Shown here: piece by piece, positions 51,655 to 64,000 of the stretch | Numbering within the stretch: position 1 is the first letter of the stretch | Layout: every line of letters begins with the position of its first letter | Assembly (NCBI RefSeq): GCF_963921235.1 | Contig: NW_026948187.1 | Location: 1,426,001-1,490,000, forward strand | DNA length: 64,000 bases | Reading direction: 5' to 3' | DNA from: Mobula hypostoma | Taxonomy: Eukaryota | The notes under the pieces: model-generated | The model's input: the letters and a program-made list of their open reading frames with translations, nothing else | Database searches by the model: none | Told to the model about the DNA's origin: nothing | Translations under genes and position numbers: made by a program

Positions 51655-52310
51655 GATAGGGTGGTGAAGAAAGCTTTTGGTTTGCTGGACTTTATTAATC
51701 AGAGCATTGAGTATAGGAGTTGGGATGTAATGTTGAATTTGTATGAGGCATTGGTAAGGCCAAATCTGGAGTATTGTGTACAGTTCTGGTCACCGAATTA
51801 TAGGAAAGATGTCAATAAAGTTAAGAGAGTACAGAGAAGGTTTACTAAAATGTTGCCTGGGTTTCATCTCCTAAGTTACAGAGAAAGGTTGAACAAGTTA
51901 GGTTTTTATTCTTTGGAGCGTAGAAGGTTGAGAGGGGATTTAATAGAGGTGTTTAAAATTATGAGGGGGATTGATAGAGTTGACGTGGTTAGACTTTTTC
52001 CATTGAGAGTGGGGAAGATTCAAACAAGAAGGCATGGGTTGAGAATTGGCGGACAAAAGTTTAGGGGTAACATGAAGGGGAACTTCTTTACTCTGAGAGT
52101 GGTGGCTGTGTGGAACGAGCTTCCAGCAGAAGTGGTTGAGGCAGGTTCTATGTTGTCGTTTAAAGTTAAATTGGACAGCTATATGGACAGGAAAGGAATG
52201 GAGGGTTATGGGCTGAGTGCAGGTCGGTGGGACTAGGATAGGGTAAGAGTTCGGCACGGACTAGAAGGGCTGAGATGGCCTGTTTCCATGCTATAATTGT
52301 TATATGGTTA
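51655..52310 (+). mobile_element. Young CR1 3' fragment specific to the right arm
   Basis: Stop-free CR1 ORF2 C-terminus (LVRPNLEYCVQFWSP...RRLRGDLIEVFKI); absent at 8265; AAGAA(A)GG duplication. Confidence 0.85.
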
Positions 52311-55051
52311 TAAGAAGGAGCTTAACCACCTTAGACCAGAGCTCTGAAGAACATTGAAACCACAGTGAGCTCATTGTGTTATTCAGTCTGGAGAGAAGCA
52401 TGCAGGAAATTCATGCAGGTGTATAGGATGATGAGAGGCATTGGTCGTGTGGATAGTCAGAGGCTTTTTCCCAGGGCTGAAACGGCTAACACGAGGGGGC
52501 ATAGGTTTAAGGTGCTTGGAAGTCGGTACAGAGGAGATGTCAGAGCTAAGTTTTTTAAACAAAGTGTGGTGTGTGTGTGAAATGCACTGCCTGCGACGCT
52601 GGTAGAGGTGGATACAACAGGGTCTTTTAAGAGACTCTCAGATAGGTACATGGAGATTAGGAAAATAGAGGGCGATGCGGTAGGGTAATTCTAGGCAGTT
52701 TCTAGAGTAAGTTACATGGTCGGAACAACATTGTGGGTCGAAGGGCCTGTAATGAGCTGAAGATTTCTATGATTCTATGAAATTCAAGGGAAATCTCCTA
52801 TCCCACGGAGTGGTGACCAGTTGCAACCTGTAATCACACGGAGAGTGAGAGGGGAACGGCAGGGATACAGTTTGATATACTGATATGGGATAGGGACATG
52901 GGCAGGGACAAGATGGGCCGATTGGCCTCTCTAGTGTACATTGTGAGTGTGGTAGATACAGTAAGTACCTGAGACACGGGATTTGATACAGAACTGATTT
53001 ATCTTTCACAGATCCACAATATTAAACACCAGTCTAGTTTAAGGCTAACATCAGCAGAACGGACTCCTCCAATGCTCAGTGACCAGGGTTCAGTCCTGGG
53101 TGCGATGAGCAGCCGCAAGAACTGCAGAATCTGACAGTAACCGTCCCTCATGAACCTGCAGGTGCCTTCAGTCATCGTAATGGTCAAACATTTAACACAG
53201 AGCCATTCATGTGAGAATTTAGCTTTTTCTATTTTTCTGAGCTTCTCGTGAATGTGTACAGTTTAGTTAAGCTTTGCTCCAGAATTTCCACACAACTAAG
53301 AGTTTATTACATTTTTTTATTTTTAGTTTTGCACTGCTAATATAATTTAACTATTTAATATGTATATTATTGTAATACATAGTTGTTAAAATCTATTGTT
53401 CTGAATTAGGTTCTACTGCTGCCGCAGAGACAACGAATGTCATGACATTTGCCGGTGCTATTAAACCTGATTCTGATATTGATATGGGAGACCCACCACC
53501 GGTCACCTGATCCCAGTTACCGCAGATCGTAAAGCGAGATTGAAGCCTTTTCTATTTATCTGCATTCCTCAGAAATGATAACAGTTCAGTTAAGTTTCCT
53601 TCCGAGGTTCCAAAGCAGAAGCTCAGTCTGTCTAATATTTCCACACAATTAAAATGGGAATTTGTTTATTTGTATCACGTACTGAGCTACAGTGAAAATC
53701 TTGCCTGACGTACTATCCACACAGATCAATACATTACAACAGTTATTGAGCTGATATACGACAAAACAATAACTGTAACAAAGCATTATGGCTGCAGAGA
53801 AAGTGCAGTGCAGATAGACATATGGTGCAGGGCCACATCGAGTTACATTGTGAGGTCGAGTCCATTTTATCGGACTGGAAACCATTCATTTGGCTTATAA
53901 CCGCAGACAGGAAGCCGTCCTTAAGCCTGGTGGTACGGGCTTTAAGGCTTTTGTATCTCTTCCCCGATGGGGGAGCGGGTTTGCAGCAAGAATGTCCGGG
54001 TTGTGAGGATCTTTGAGTACACGGCCTGCTTTTCCGACGCAGGGGAAGTGTAGGAAGAGTCCATGGAGGGGAGGCTCGTTTCTCTGATGTTCTCTGCTCT
54101 CCAAAGTTCTCTGCAGTTCCTTGCAGTCATGGGCAGAGCAGTAGCCATACGAAGGCGTGAAGTATCGACAAGAAGATCAGAGACCTCGGCCTTCACCCTG
54201 CCTCGTGTAGCTGGATCCTGGGCATCCTGTCAGATCGCCGGCAGTTGGTAAGAGTGGGTTCCCTTACCTCTGTCTCTCTGACCCTCAGCACTCATACGAG
54301 CAGGGTTGTCTCCTTGGCCCCCTCCTTTACTCTCTGTATTCCCATGACTTGTGTCGCCACCCACAGCTCCAATCTGATGATTAAATTTGTTGATGACACT
54401 ACACTGACTGGCCTAAACTCAAATAATAACGAGGCAGCCTACAGAGAAGAAGTCATCACCCCGACACAGTGGTGTCAAGAAAACAACCTCTCCCTCATGG
54501 TGACAAAAACAGAGGAGCTGGTTGTGGACTACAGGAGGAATGGAGACAGGGACCAAATTCATCATTTCCAAGTCTGTTATTGACACAAAATGCACATTTT
54601 AATATTGATCGGGACACAATGTATTTTATGTATTGTTAATGACATAAAACATATTTATAGATTGTTACTGACAGAGAATCGTATAATTTGTGTTCCGTGT
54701 GTTATCTGAATGTACTTGCCTGTGATGCTGCCACAAGTCAGTGTTTCTCTGTACCTGTACCTTCCCGTACTTGTGCACTTGGCAATAAATTCAACAGGAC
54801 CTGAGAAATCTCAGTGAGATTTGATTAGTGATGATCATCTTGGCAGCTCGGTCGGTCGAATGTAGAGAGACAGTACACTGTTGAATGCAAAACCCTGAAC
54901 AGTGTTGATGATCAGAGGGATCTTAGACTCCAAGTTCATCGCTCCCTGAAAGAGACTGCACAGATTGATCGGGTGGTTAAGAAGGCAAATGGCGTGGTTG
55001 TGTTTATTAGTTGAAGCACTGAGTTGAAAAGTCGGGAAGTTGTGTTGCGGC

Positions 55052-57230
55052 TGTTGCGAGCCTGCGGTCGGACTGTGACTGTGTCTTTAAGAGCGCCGGA
55101 GTGAGGAGGTGGGACTATGACGTCAGTCACAGGCTGACGGCGCTGACTGTGGATTTAACCATAAGAGAGAGAGAGCGATCTGCAGACAGGCAGTCGGCCA
55201 GTCTAAAGAGAGAGAGAGGGGGATTGGAAAAGCTTATAGGTTCAGTTTGTCGCAGCTGAGGTTTGGAACTCTCCTATGCCCAGAAGAGTGAGTTGATCAT
55301 CGGTACACGGAACCACAACTAATGTGTGTGGTTGTCACTTCATAATATCCATAGGAGTGAATTTTGGAATATCTTGGGGGACCGCTTGTGTTAACCCTTG
55401 CCTGGGTATGTTGTGTGGATCAGACTGCTCTACACAGACATCCGTAGTGCAGTCCAGGTCAACGGGAGGGAAACAGACAGCTTCCCCATCAGGTCTGGAG
55501 TCAGGCAGGGCTGTCCCCTCTCCCCTGTCTTGTTTGTCTGCTGCATAGAACCCTTTGCGGAAGCCATTAGGAGGGATGAGGGCATAAGAGGGGTGACGCT
55601 GCCAGGCAGTGGAGGGACCCAAGTGAAAACCTCCCTGTACATGGACGACGTCACCGTCTTCTGCTCTGATCCGAGGTCAGTTCGCAGGTTGATGGGCACC
55701 TGCGAACAGTTCGAGCTAGCGTCGGGGGCCAGGGTCAACCGCACGAAGAGCGAAGCCATGCTCTTCGGCAACTGGCCCGACCGATCCAGCGTCCCCTTCA
55801 ACATCAGGTCTGACCACGTGAAGGTGTTGGGGATATGGTTCGGAGGGGCGGAGGCGTGCAACAAGAACTGGCAGGAGCGGACTGCCAAGGTGAAACAGAA
55901 ACTGGGACTGTGGGGAGGGCGCTCCCTGTCGATAACGGGCAAGAACCTGGTCATCAGGTGTGAGGTGCTCTCAGGGCTGCTGTACTTGGCGCAGGTCTGG
56001 CCCGTCCCCCGCTCCTACAGCTCGGAAATCACCCGGGCTGTCTTCAGATTCGTCTGGGGATCCAAGATGGAGCGGGTGGGACGGACCGCCATGCACAAGT
56101 CCCTGGACAACGGGGGCAAGAACGTCCCCAATGTCGCCCTCACCCTGATGGCCAGCTTCGTATGTGGCTGCATCAGGTTGTGTGTAGAGCCCAGGTATGT
56201 GGGCACCAAGTACCGCTACGTGCCCAGGTTCTACTTGTCGCCCTGGCTACGAAGGATGGGTCTGGCCCCACTCCCGCGCAACGCCCCAGTCAGCTGGTCG
56301 TTGCCGGCATACCTGTCCTACGTAGCAAAGTTCTTCCAGGAGAACGCCTTTGACCACAGGGCCATCAGGCAGTGGTCGGCACGTAGTGTCCTGCAGGCAC
56401 TGCAGGAGAAGGACGTGATGGACACAGTGGGGTGGTTCCCGGAGCAGACTGTCCAGTTCATCTGGCAAAATGCCTCATCGCCAGATCTAACCAACAGGCA
56501 CCAAGACCTCGCCTGGCTGGCGGTGAGAGGGGCCCTCCCAGTCAGAGCCCTCCTGTACGCCCGGAACGTCGTCTCCGCACCCCATTGCCCACGGGAGGAC
56601 TGCAGTGAGGAGGAGTCTGTGACCCACCTCTTTGCACACTGCCAGTTCGCAAAGAGGGTGTGGAGGAGGATGGATGGGCTAGTGTCACGGTTTATCCCCA
56701 GCAGCTGCGTAACAGAGGACTCGCTGATCTACGGGCTGTTCCCGGGGACACACACGGAGACCAACGTCCGGTGCTGCTGGCAGATCATCAACTCGGTGAA
56801 AGATGCTATTTGGTCGGCCCGTAACTTGATGATCTACCAGCACATGGAGATGTCCGTGGGAGAATGCTGCCGACTGGCACATTCTCGACTGCAGGAGTAC
56901 GTGCTGAGGGACGCACTGAAACTTGGTGCAGCCACCGCAAGGGCCCGGTGGGGAAGGACCACAGTATAGGTTTCTCCACCCGTGGGAGTGGGAGGGGTCG
57001 GAGGGCGGGGAGTATACCCCTCAACAATGAAATGATGTGGTATAAATACGGATATGTACTGTGTATAATGCAAACGTATGTAAAGGATGAAAAGTTATTG
57101 AATGGTTTATTGTATATATTTATTTTTGAATAAAGTATATTTTGAAATAAAAAAAAAATGTTGTGTGGTAACACCTGGCAAACGATACTCCTGTGACACG
57201 TCACTTTCGCTGATAACTCGTATGTGAATT
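55052..57230 (+). mobile_element. LTR inserted in CR1 and interrupted by Tx1
   Basis: Starts TGTTGC where the 58780 copy continues as CR1; resumes after the Tx1 TSD at 57159. Confidence 0.6.
55419..57158 (+). mobile_element. Tx1-clade (L1 group) non-LTR retrotransposon, 5'-truncated, open ORF2
   Basis: GVRQGCPLSP, YMDD, C-terminal CPREDC...HLFAHC; AATAAA and poly(A); TSD TGTTGTGTGG 55409-55418 and 57159-57168. Confidence 0.92.
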
Positions 57231-58949
57231 TGTAGAGGGCGCAGAAGAGGTTTACCAGGATACTGCCTGGATTAGAGGGCATGAGCTGTAACGAGAGGTT
57301 TACAAACTTGGGTTGTTTTCTCCCGAGCGGCACAGGCTGGGGTGAGACTGGATAGACGTTTATAAGATTACGAGAGGTAGAGATAGAGTGGACAGACGAT
57401 ATATTTTTCCTGGGGGTTGAAATGTCTAACACATTTAAGATGAGAGGAGATGTGAGCTGCAAGTTTGTTTCTTTCTGCATTACGACTGTACATTGAGCTG
57501 ATATACGACAAAACAATAACTGTAACAAAGCATTATGGCTGCAGAGAAAGTGCAGTGCAGATAGACATATGGTGCAGGGTCACGGTGAGTTACATTGTGA
57601 GGTCGAGTCCATTTTATTGGACTGGAGACCATTCATTTGTTATAGCCGCAGACAGGAAGCCGTCCTTGAGTCTGCTGGTACGCGCTTTAAGGGTTTCGTA
57701 TCTCTTCCCCGATGGGGGAGCGGGTTTGCAGCAAGAATGTCCAGGTTGTGAGGATCTTTGAGTACACGGCCTGCTTTTCCGACGCACGGGGACTGTAGGA
57801 AGAGTCCATGGAGGGGAGGCTTGTTTCTCTGATGTTCTCTGCTCTCCAAGGTTCTCTGCAGTTCCTTGCAGTCATGGGCAGAGCAGTAGCCATACGAAGG
57901 CGTGAAGTATCGACAAGAAGCTCAGAGACCTCGGCCTTCACCCTGCCTTGTGTAGCTGGATCCTGGACTTACTGTCAGATCGCCGGCAGGTGGTAAGAGT
58001 GGGCTCCCTCACCTCTGTCTCTCTGACCCTCAGCACACATACCCCACAGGGTTGTCTCCCTGGCCCCCTCCTTTACTCTCTGTATTCCCATGACTTGTGT
58101 CGCCACCCACAGCTCCAATCTGCTAATCAAATTCGCTGACGACACTACATTGATTGGCCCAATCTCAAATAATAACGAGAAGTCATCACCCCGACACAGT
58201 GGTGTCAAGAAAACAACCTCTCCCTCATGGTGACAAAAAACAAAGGAGCTGGTTGTGGACTACATGGGGAATGGAGACAGGGACCAAATTCAACATTTCC
58301 AAGTCAGTTATTGACACAAAATGCACATTTTAATATTGATCAGGACACAATGTATTTTGTATATTGTTAATGACATAAAACATATTTATAGATTGTTGCT
58401 GACAGAGAATCATATAATTTGTGTTCCGTGTGTTATCTGAATGTACTTGCCTGTGATGCTGCCACAAGTCAGTGTTTCTCTGTACCTGTACCTTCCCGTA
58501 CTTGTGCACTTGGCAATAAATTCAATGGGTCCTGAGAAAACTCAGTGAGATTTGATTAGTGATGATCATCTTGACAGCTCTGTAGGTCGAATGTATGAGA
58601 CAGTATACTGTTAAATGCAAAACGCTGAACAGTGTTGATGATCAGAGGGATCTTAGACTCCTAGTTCATCGCTCCCTGAAAGAGACTGCACAGATTGATC
58701 GGGTGGTTAAGAGGGCAAATGTTTATGGTTGTCTTTATTAGTTGAAGCAATGAGTTCAAAAGTCGGGAAGTTGTGTTGCAGCTTTGTAAAACTAGTTAGA
58801 ACACATCGGGAGTGTTTCATACAGTTCTGGTCGCCCCATTCTAGGAAGGATGTCGTGGCATTGGAGAGGGTGCTGAAGAGGTTTACCAGGATATTGCCTG
58901 GATTAGAGGGCATGAGTTAAAGCAAAAGTTTGGACAAACTTGCTCTGCC

Positions 58950-59580
58950 CGCGGTGGGAGCATCTACCGGTCACGTGATCCCGTTTGCCCCTCTCATTTA
59001 ACTGTAGATGGGCAGCATCTGCGCGTTTCCGAGGCCCCGCCCTCCGGATGACGAAACATTCACTTTGCGCATGCTCAGTGTTTTTCTTTCCGCTCAGCGC
59101 AGAAGCCGATCATCTGCGGGCTCGGGAAGGGATCCTCGCCTCTTGGGTTGGGAGCGAGGGGTCGCGATCACTGTCTGCGGGCCGAAGATATCACTTTCCC
59201 ATCGGTGAGTATTGAGACCGATCCCGAGCGGGAAGATCCGATGTTGGCCGTGAGCCCCGAACTGAGGGCCAGCTCCTCATTGATTTTCCAGTTATCTGGG
59301 CTTGTCAAAAATGTGTAGACTTCACTTAATCTGCATTGAACGATCCAAACCAGGAGCCCAGGCTGTCTATTTCCGCAAAATTGAAATGGAAGTCCCGCCA
59401 ACAGATCACATGAGGCTGTTTGCGCAGATCTGCCCCGCCCTCTGCTTTGTGACGCAAATCAGGTGGTATGTTTATGCAGTCCCCGGATGGGTAGTGATGC
59501 TTCCTCCATATTGTGTTGGGGAAATCTGATTTTGGCCACTGAGTCCCATTAACTTCCCCCAACTCGCCTCACTTCCTAAA
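58950..59580 (+). promoter_or_regulatory. CpG-rich promoter and first exon of a rightward gene (probable ZNF-D)
   Basis: Inverted paralog of 2440-3100; E-box 58971, GC box 59033, donor CG|GTGAGT 59204/59205. Confidence 0.55.
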
Positions 59581-60259
59581 GCTCGTCGCATATGTCCTGA
59601 GCTTTCTGGCTGTTATGTCTTTTCCCAGATTGAGCTGGGTGAGGAAGGAGAATGTCCCAGCTTGTGGGGATCTTTGAGTTCACTGCCTGCTTTACCGGGG
59701 GACTGGGAAGTCTAGAAGGGAGAATGGTTTCTGTGATCCAAAGGTCTCTGCAGTCACGGGCAGAGTAGATGCCATACAAAAGTGAGAAGTGTCCAGATGG
59801 GAAACATTCTATGGTGTGTTGATAAAAATTGTGTGAGGACCGAAGTATATGGCAAAGTTCTTGTTTGTTCTAACTTTGTCATTTTAGAATTTTTATACAG
59901 TAGTATATACTATTAATTCAGTATCTGTGTATTGCTGGAGGACGATCAGAGATTGTCCTTGATCCCATCTCCCACCTGGTTCCATCTACTTATCCCTGCC
60001 CATTTTGTTCAACCACTGTCCAGTCCCGTAAACCCACCTCCCCCCCCCCCCACCTGCTTCAGAGATACCCTGCTCTACGGACAACATGACAGAGCAGGGT
60101 ATCTTGCAGGGGACTTTAAATCACACAAGGTTGGATTCATTGATGAAACCTGTTAAGTTTCCTTCGTTCACACCCTGATAATCATTAAGAATGTCCATTA
60201 AGCAGCCTTTGAATACAAACTCTCACCCACATGTGATGTCATTCTGGTGCCCCCACATA

Positions 60260-61790
60260 AAACCATAAAATATACTGTAGGAGCAAAATTAGGCCATTTG
60301 GCCCATCACACCTGCTCTGCCATTTAATCATGCCTGCTCCAATTGTCCACAGTCCCAGTCTCCCTCCTTTTGCCCATAAACTGTCATCAATCAAGAATCT
60401 AGCAACCTCTGCCTTTGATATCCATAAATACTTGGCCTTCACAGCCGCCCGTGGCAAAGGATTCCACAGATTCACCACTCTCTGGCTAAAGAAATTCCCC
60501 CTCATTCACCTTTCTAAAAGGACGTCCCACTGCCCCCTTTATTCTGAGACTACATCCTCTGGTCCTGGACTCTCCCAATACAGGAAACATCCTCTCCACA
60601 TCCAGTCGATCAAGGCCATTTACCGTTTGATAGGATTCAATGAAATCATCCTTCATTCCTCTGAATACAGGTCCAGAGCCATCAAATGCTCTTCATGTGA
60701 CAGGCCATTCAATTCTGTACTCATTTTCATAAACGTCCTTGGAACTCTCTCCAATGGAGCCCAAGGGGCCCAAAACTGCTGAGAATAATCCAAGAGCTTT
60801 ATAAAGTTTCAACATTACATCCTAACTTTTGTATTTTAGTCTTCCTGAACTGAATGTGAACATCATGTTTGCCTTCCTCACCACAGACTCAACCCACAAA
60901 ATAACCTTTAGGGAATCCTGCACAAGGACTCCCAAGTCCATTTGCACCTCAGATTTTTTTTCTGTACATTCTCTCCATTTAGAGAATAGTCAACCCTTTC
61001 ATTTCTTCTGGTGAAGTTTATTGTCATTCACCTCCCAACACAGTATTCTATCTGCCATTTCCTTGCCCATTTTCCTGATCTTTCTGTAGCCTCTCTGCTT
61101 CCCCAAAATGACCTGCCCCTCCACCTATCTTTACATCCCCTGCAAACATTGCAACAAAGCCATCAGTTCCATCATCCAAATCATTGGCATATAACATGAA
61201 AAGAATCGTTCCCAACATAGACCCCTGTGGAACTCCACTAGAAACTGATAGCCAGGCAGAAAAGGCTGTCTGTATTCCCACTCATTTCCTCCTGCCGATC
61301 AGCCACTACCTTTTTCCTGTAATAACACAGGCTCAGAGCTCGTTAAGGAACCTCATGTGTGGCACCTTGTCAAAGGCCTGAAAATCCAAGCACACAACAT
61401 CAACCAATTCTCCTTTGTCTACCCTGCTTATTATTTCTTCAAAGCATTCCAACAAATTTATCAGACAAGATTTTCCCTTGAGGAAACAATGCTGACTCCG
61501 GCCTATTTTATCTTGTGCCTCCAAGTACCTCGAACTCACATCCTTAACAATCGACTCCAACATCTTCCCAACCACTGTCAGACTGAGTGGCCTATAGTTT
61601 CCTTTCTTCTGCCTCTCTCCCTTCTTGAAGAGAGGAGTGACTTCCAGAACCATTCCTGAATTAAGTGATTCTTGAAGGATCATTATTAATGCCTCCACAA
61701 TCTCTCTGGCCATCTCTTTCAGAACTGTGGGCATAACCCATCAGGTCCAGGTGACTTATCTGCCTTCAGATCTTCAGTTTCCTGGGAACC
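60260..61790 (-). mobile_element. CR1 LINE ORF2 remnant
   Basis: PLFKKG...GNYRPLSLT, SGVPQGSMLG, FAGD, RVVNLWNPLP. Confidence 0.85.
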
Positions 61791-61954
61791 TTCTCTTTTG
61801 CTGTGGTCCTTTCTGTACAGGTCCCACCTTCACTGGAAGAGAGCCATGGAACAAAAAGTCTTACCCCTCTCCTTCCCTCCCTCCGTCACAAGCCTGATGT
61901 CATGCATGGGTTTGCTACGCCAGGGTCTGGCGTCGTGTGTGCGGTTCCTTACGT

Positions 61955-62175
61955 CAGGGTTCCCCAAACTTTTTTGCACTGTGGACCGGTTTTTAATATT
62001 GGCCGACGGGTAGGGTGTAGGGGGCATGTTCAAGTTCAACATTGTGTGACAGGGAATGAGGAAAGGTGCAGCTGACTCATATCACCAAATTATATTGTTT
62101 CCTGTCTCTCTGTGTCCTTCACCGTCACTCTCTCTCATCTCCAGTGGACTGCGCCCCGGTGGTTGAGGACCACTG
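61955..62175. mobile_element. hAT-family MITE
   Basis: TIRs CAGGGTTCCCCAA / TTGAGGACCACTG; 8-bp TSD CCTTACGT / CCTTATGT with central TA. Confidence 0.8.
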
Positions 62176-63599
62176 CCTTATGTCTGTGGGTTTGTTTCTC
62201 GTGTTTGTGCTGTTTAATCTTTCTTCCATTCAGACAAGAGAGAGAGATCCAGATCTGTCACGTCCTATCATTGTGGGTGGGGATTTTTTTCATTGACTTC
62301 ATTCCACTGTTACAACTTGCCGAAGGGCAGCCAATGTTTCACGGTATATAACCCAATTAATGCAGGAAGGAAGCCTTTTCTGCTTTTCTGGGCTTCTCAA
62401 GCATATGTACATTTCAGTGAAATCTCCCTCTGGAAGTTCCAGAGGAGAAGCTCAGTCTGTCTAATATTTCCACACAATTAAAGTAGGGAATCATTTATTA
62501 CCGTCATGTACCGAGGTTCAGTGAAAATCTTGTCTTGCATACCATCCTCTCAGATCAACACATTACAACAGTAGATAATGGTAAAACATTAACAGAGTGT
62601 AACAAAGCATTCTGGTTACAGAGAATATCCACTGCAGGTAGACATATGTTGCAAAGTCACATTGAGTTACATTATGAAGTGAAGAGTCCATCTTCTAATG
62701 CTGAGGAATATTCAGTTTGCTTATAACAGCAGAATGCAAAATGTCCCTAGGTCTGGTGGTATGTTTTTATTCTTTTGTTTTCATTTACCTTCGACCCGAT
62801 GGGTGGTTGAGAATCGAGAATGTCTGGTCTGGAGTTCTGGGAATCTTTAATTATGTTGGCTGATTTACTGAGGCTGCAGGAAGTATAGAGAGAGTCCATG
62901 GAGGGGAGGCTTGTTTCCATGATGTGTCCACAGTTCTCTTCTATTTCTTTAAGTCAAAAGAAGACAGTAGCTGTGCAAAGGTGTGAAGTATCCGGATGGG
63001 ATACTTTTTATGGTGTAAACTTAAATTCGCCGGATGAATAACCACACTACAAACAGTTCTGTACTTTATCCTTTTCACCAGTTTATTTGTTCGAACTCAG
63101 CCGGCGAGAAGCTCGGAGCCAAGCATGAGAGAGACAGAATTCCTCTCCCTCTGGCTGCTCATGATGAATCTCAGTCTAACATGCAGAAACGTTACAGTTA
63201 TAGAACCAACAAAATAAAGAGCACTTTAGTTCAACTGGTCCCACCAAGGCTGTTGGAGCAAAACTTAATTTCTTAGATAAGAGAGTCCACTAGATCATGG
63301 TTTTAATTACAAATGAATGTTCTGTCCAATCCTTATCAGTTATTCTCTTTCGTTAGACACTTCGTTCAATTCGTGTCTCATGAGAACTCAACTCTACATA
63401 ACGTTCCCAAGAGACATCTGTGAGTCGTTAATCTGAACAAGCTGCAAGCAGATTCCTCAGTGAAGGACAGAACAGAAATTTGCACACTATCTGGAACAGA
63501 GCACACATAAGTTTGGACTTAGTTTCAACCCATTATTTACAAGAGTCCAAGAATCATTTCTTACATCCCCCAATACCCTTAAAACTTCATCACCAGAGT

Positions 63600-64000
63600 G
63601 TTGTAGCAGATAGTTGCCTTTCTGACTGAAAACCCGTGACTAGTGGAGTGCCAGATGGATCAGTGTTGGATCTGTTGTTGTTTGTCATCTATATCAGTAA
63701 TCTGGATGATAGTGTCGTTAATTGGATCAGCAAATTTGTGGATGACACCAGGATTGGTGGTGCAGTGGACAGCGAGGACGACTATCATGGATTGCAGTGC
63801 GATCTGGACCGCTGGAAAAAATGGGTTGAGAAATGGAAAATGGAATTTAATGCAGACAAGTATGACGTGTTGTGCTTTGGTAGGACCTACCAGTGTAGGT
63901 CTGACACAGTGACGGGTAGGGCACTGAGAAGTATTATAGAACAAAGGGATCTGGGAATACAGGTCTATATTTCACTGAAAGTGGTGTCACAGTTCAACAG
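63600..64000 (+). repeat. CR1 block matching the ZNF intron segment 16720-17110
   Basis: Same idiosyncratic CR1 copy (CWICCCLSSISVIWM frame) that precedes ZNF-A and ZNF-B. Confidence 0.8.

Overview
Repeat-dense vertebrate genomic DNA. The repeat spectrum (shark/ray-type CR1, Rex1/Babar, Penelope with hammerhead-type pLTR pieces, Tx1, R4/Dong) and a GPR139-like fragment point to a cartilaginous fish, probably a batoid (inference). The window is part of a C2H2 zinc-finger (ZNF) gene cluster: ZNF-A (+, ~18.7-19.6 kb, nonsense-mutated, ERV inserted at its 3' end), ZNF-B (-, 404 aa), ZNF-C (-, 424 aa), a decayed ZNF relic at ~7 kb and the probable 5' part of a fourth gene running off the right edge. 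~1.7-19.6 kb and ~45-60 kb are diverged inverted copies of each other. The ZNF proteins appear to lack any N-terminal effector domain, because a shared in-frame stop lies 13 codons before the ATG. The most unusual object is a chimeric Gypsy element (23.9-26.9 kb). Its primer-binding site extends into a 43-nt antisense copy of the 3' half of tRNA-Pro, followed by a ~470-bp antisense stop-free ORF of unknown origin in place of gag/PR/RT. All comparisons were made by eye; repeat boundaries are approximate and family names rest on motif recognition, not database searches.
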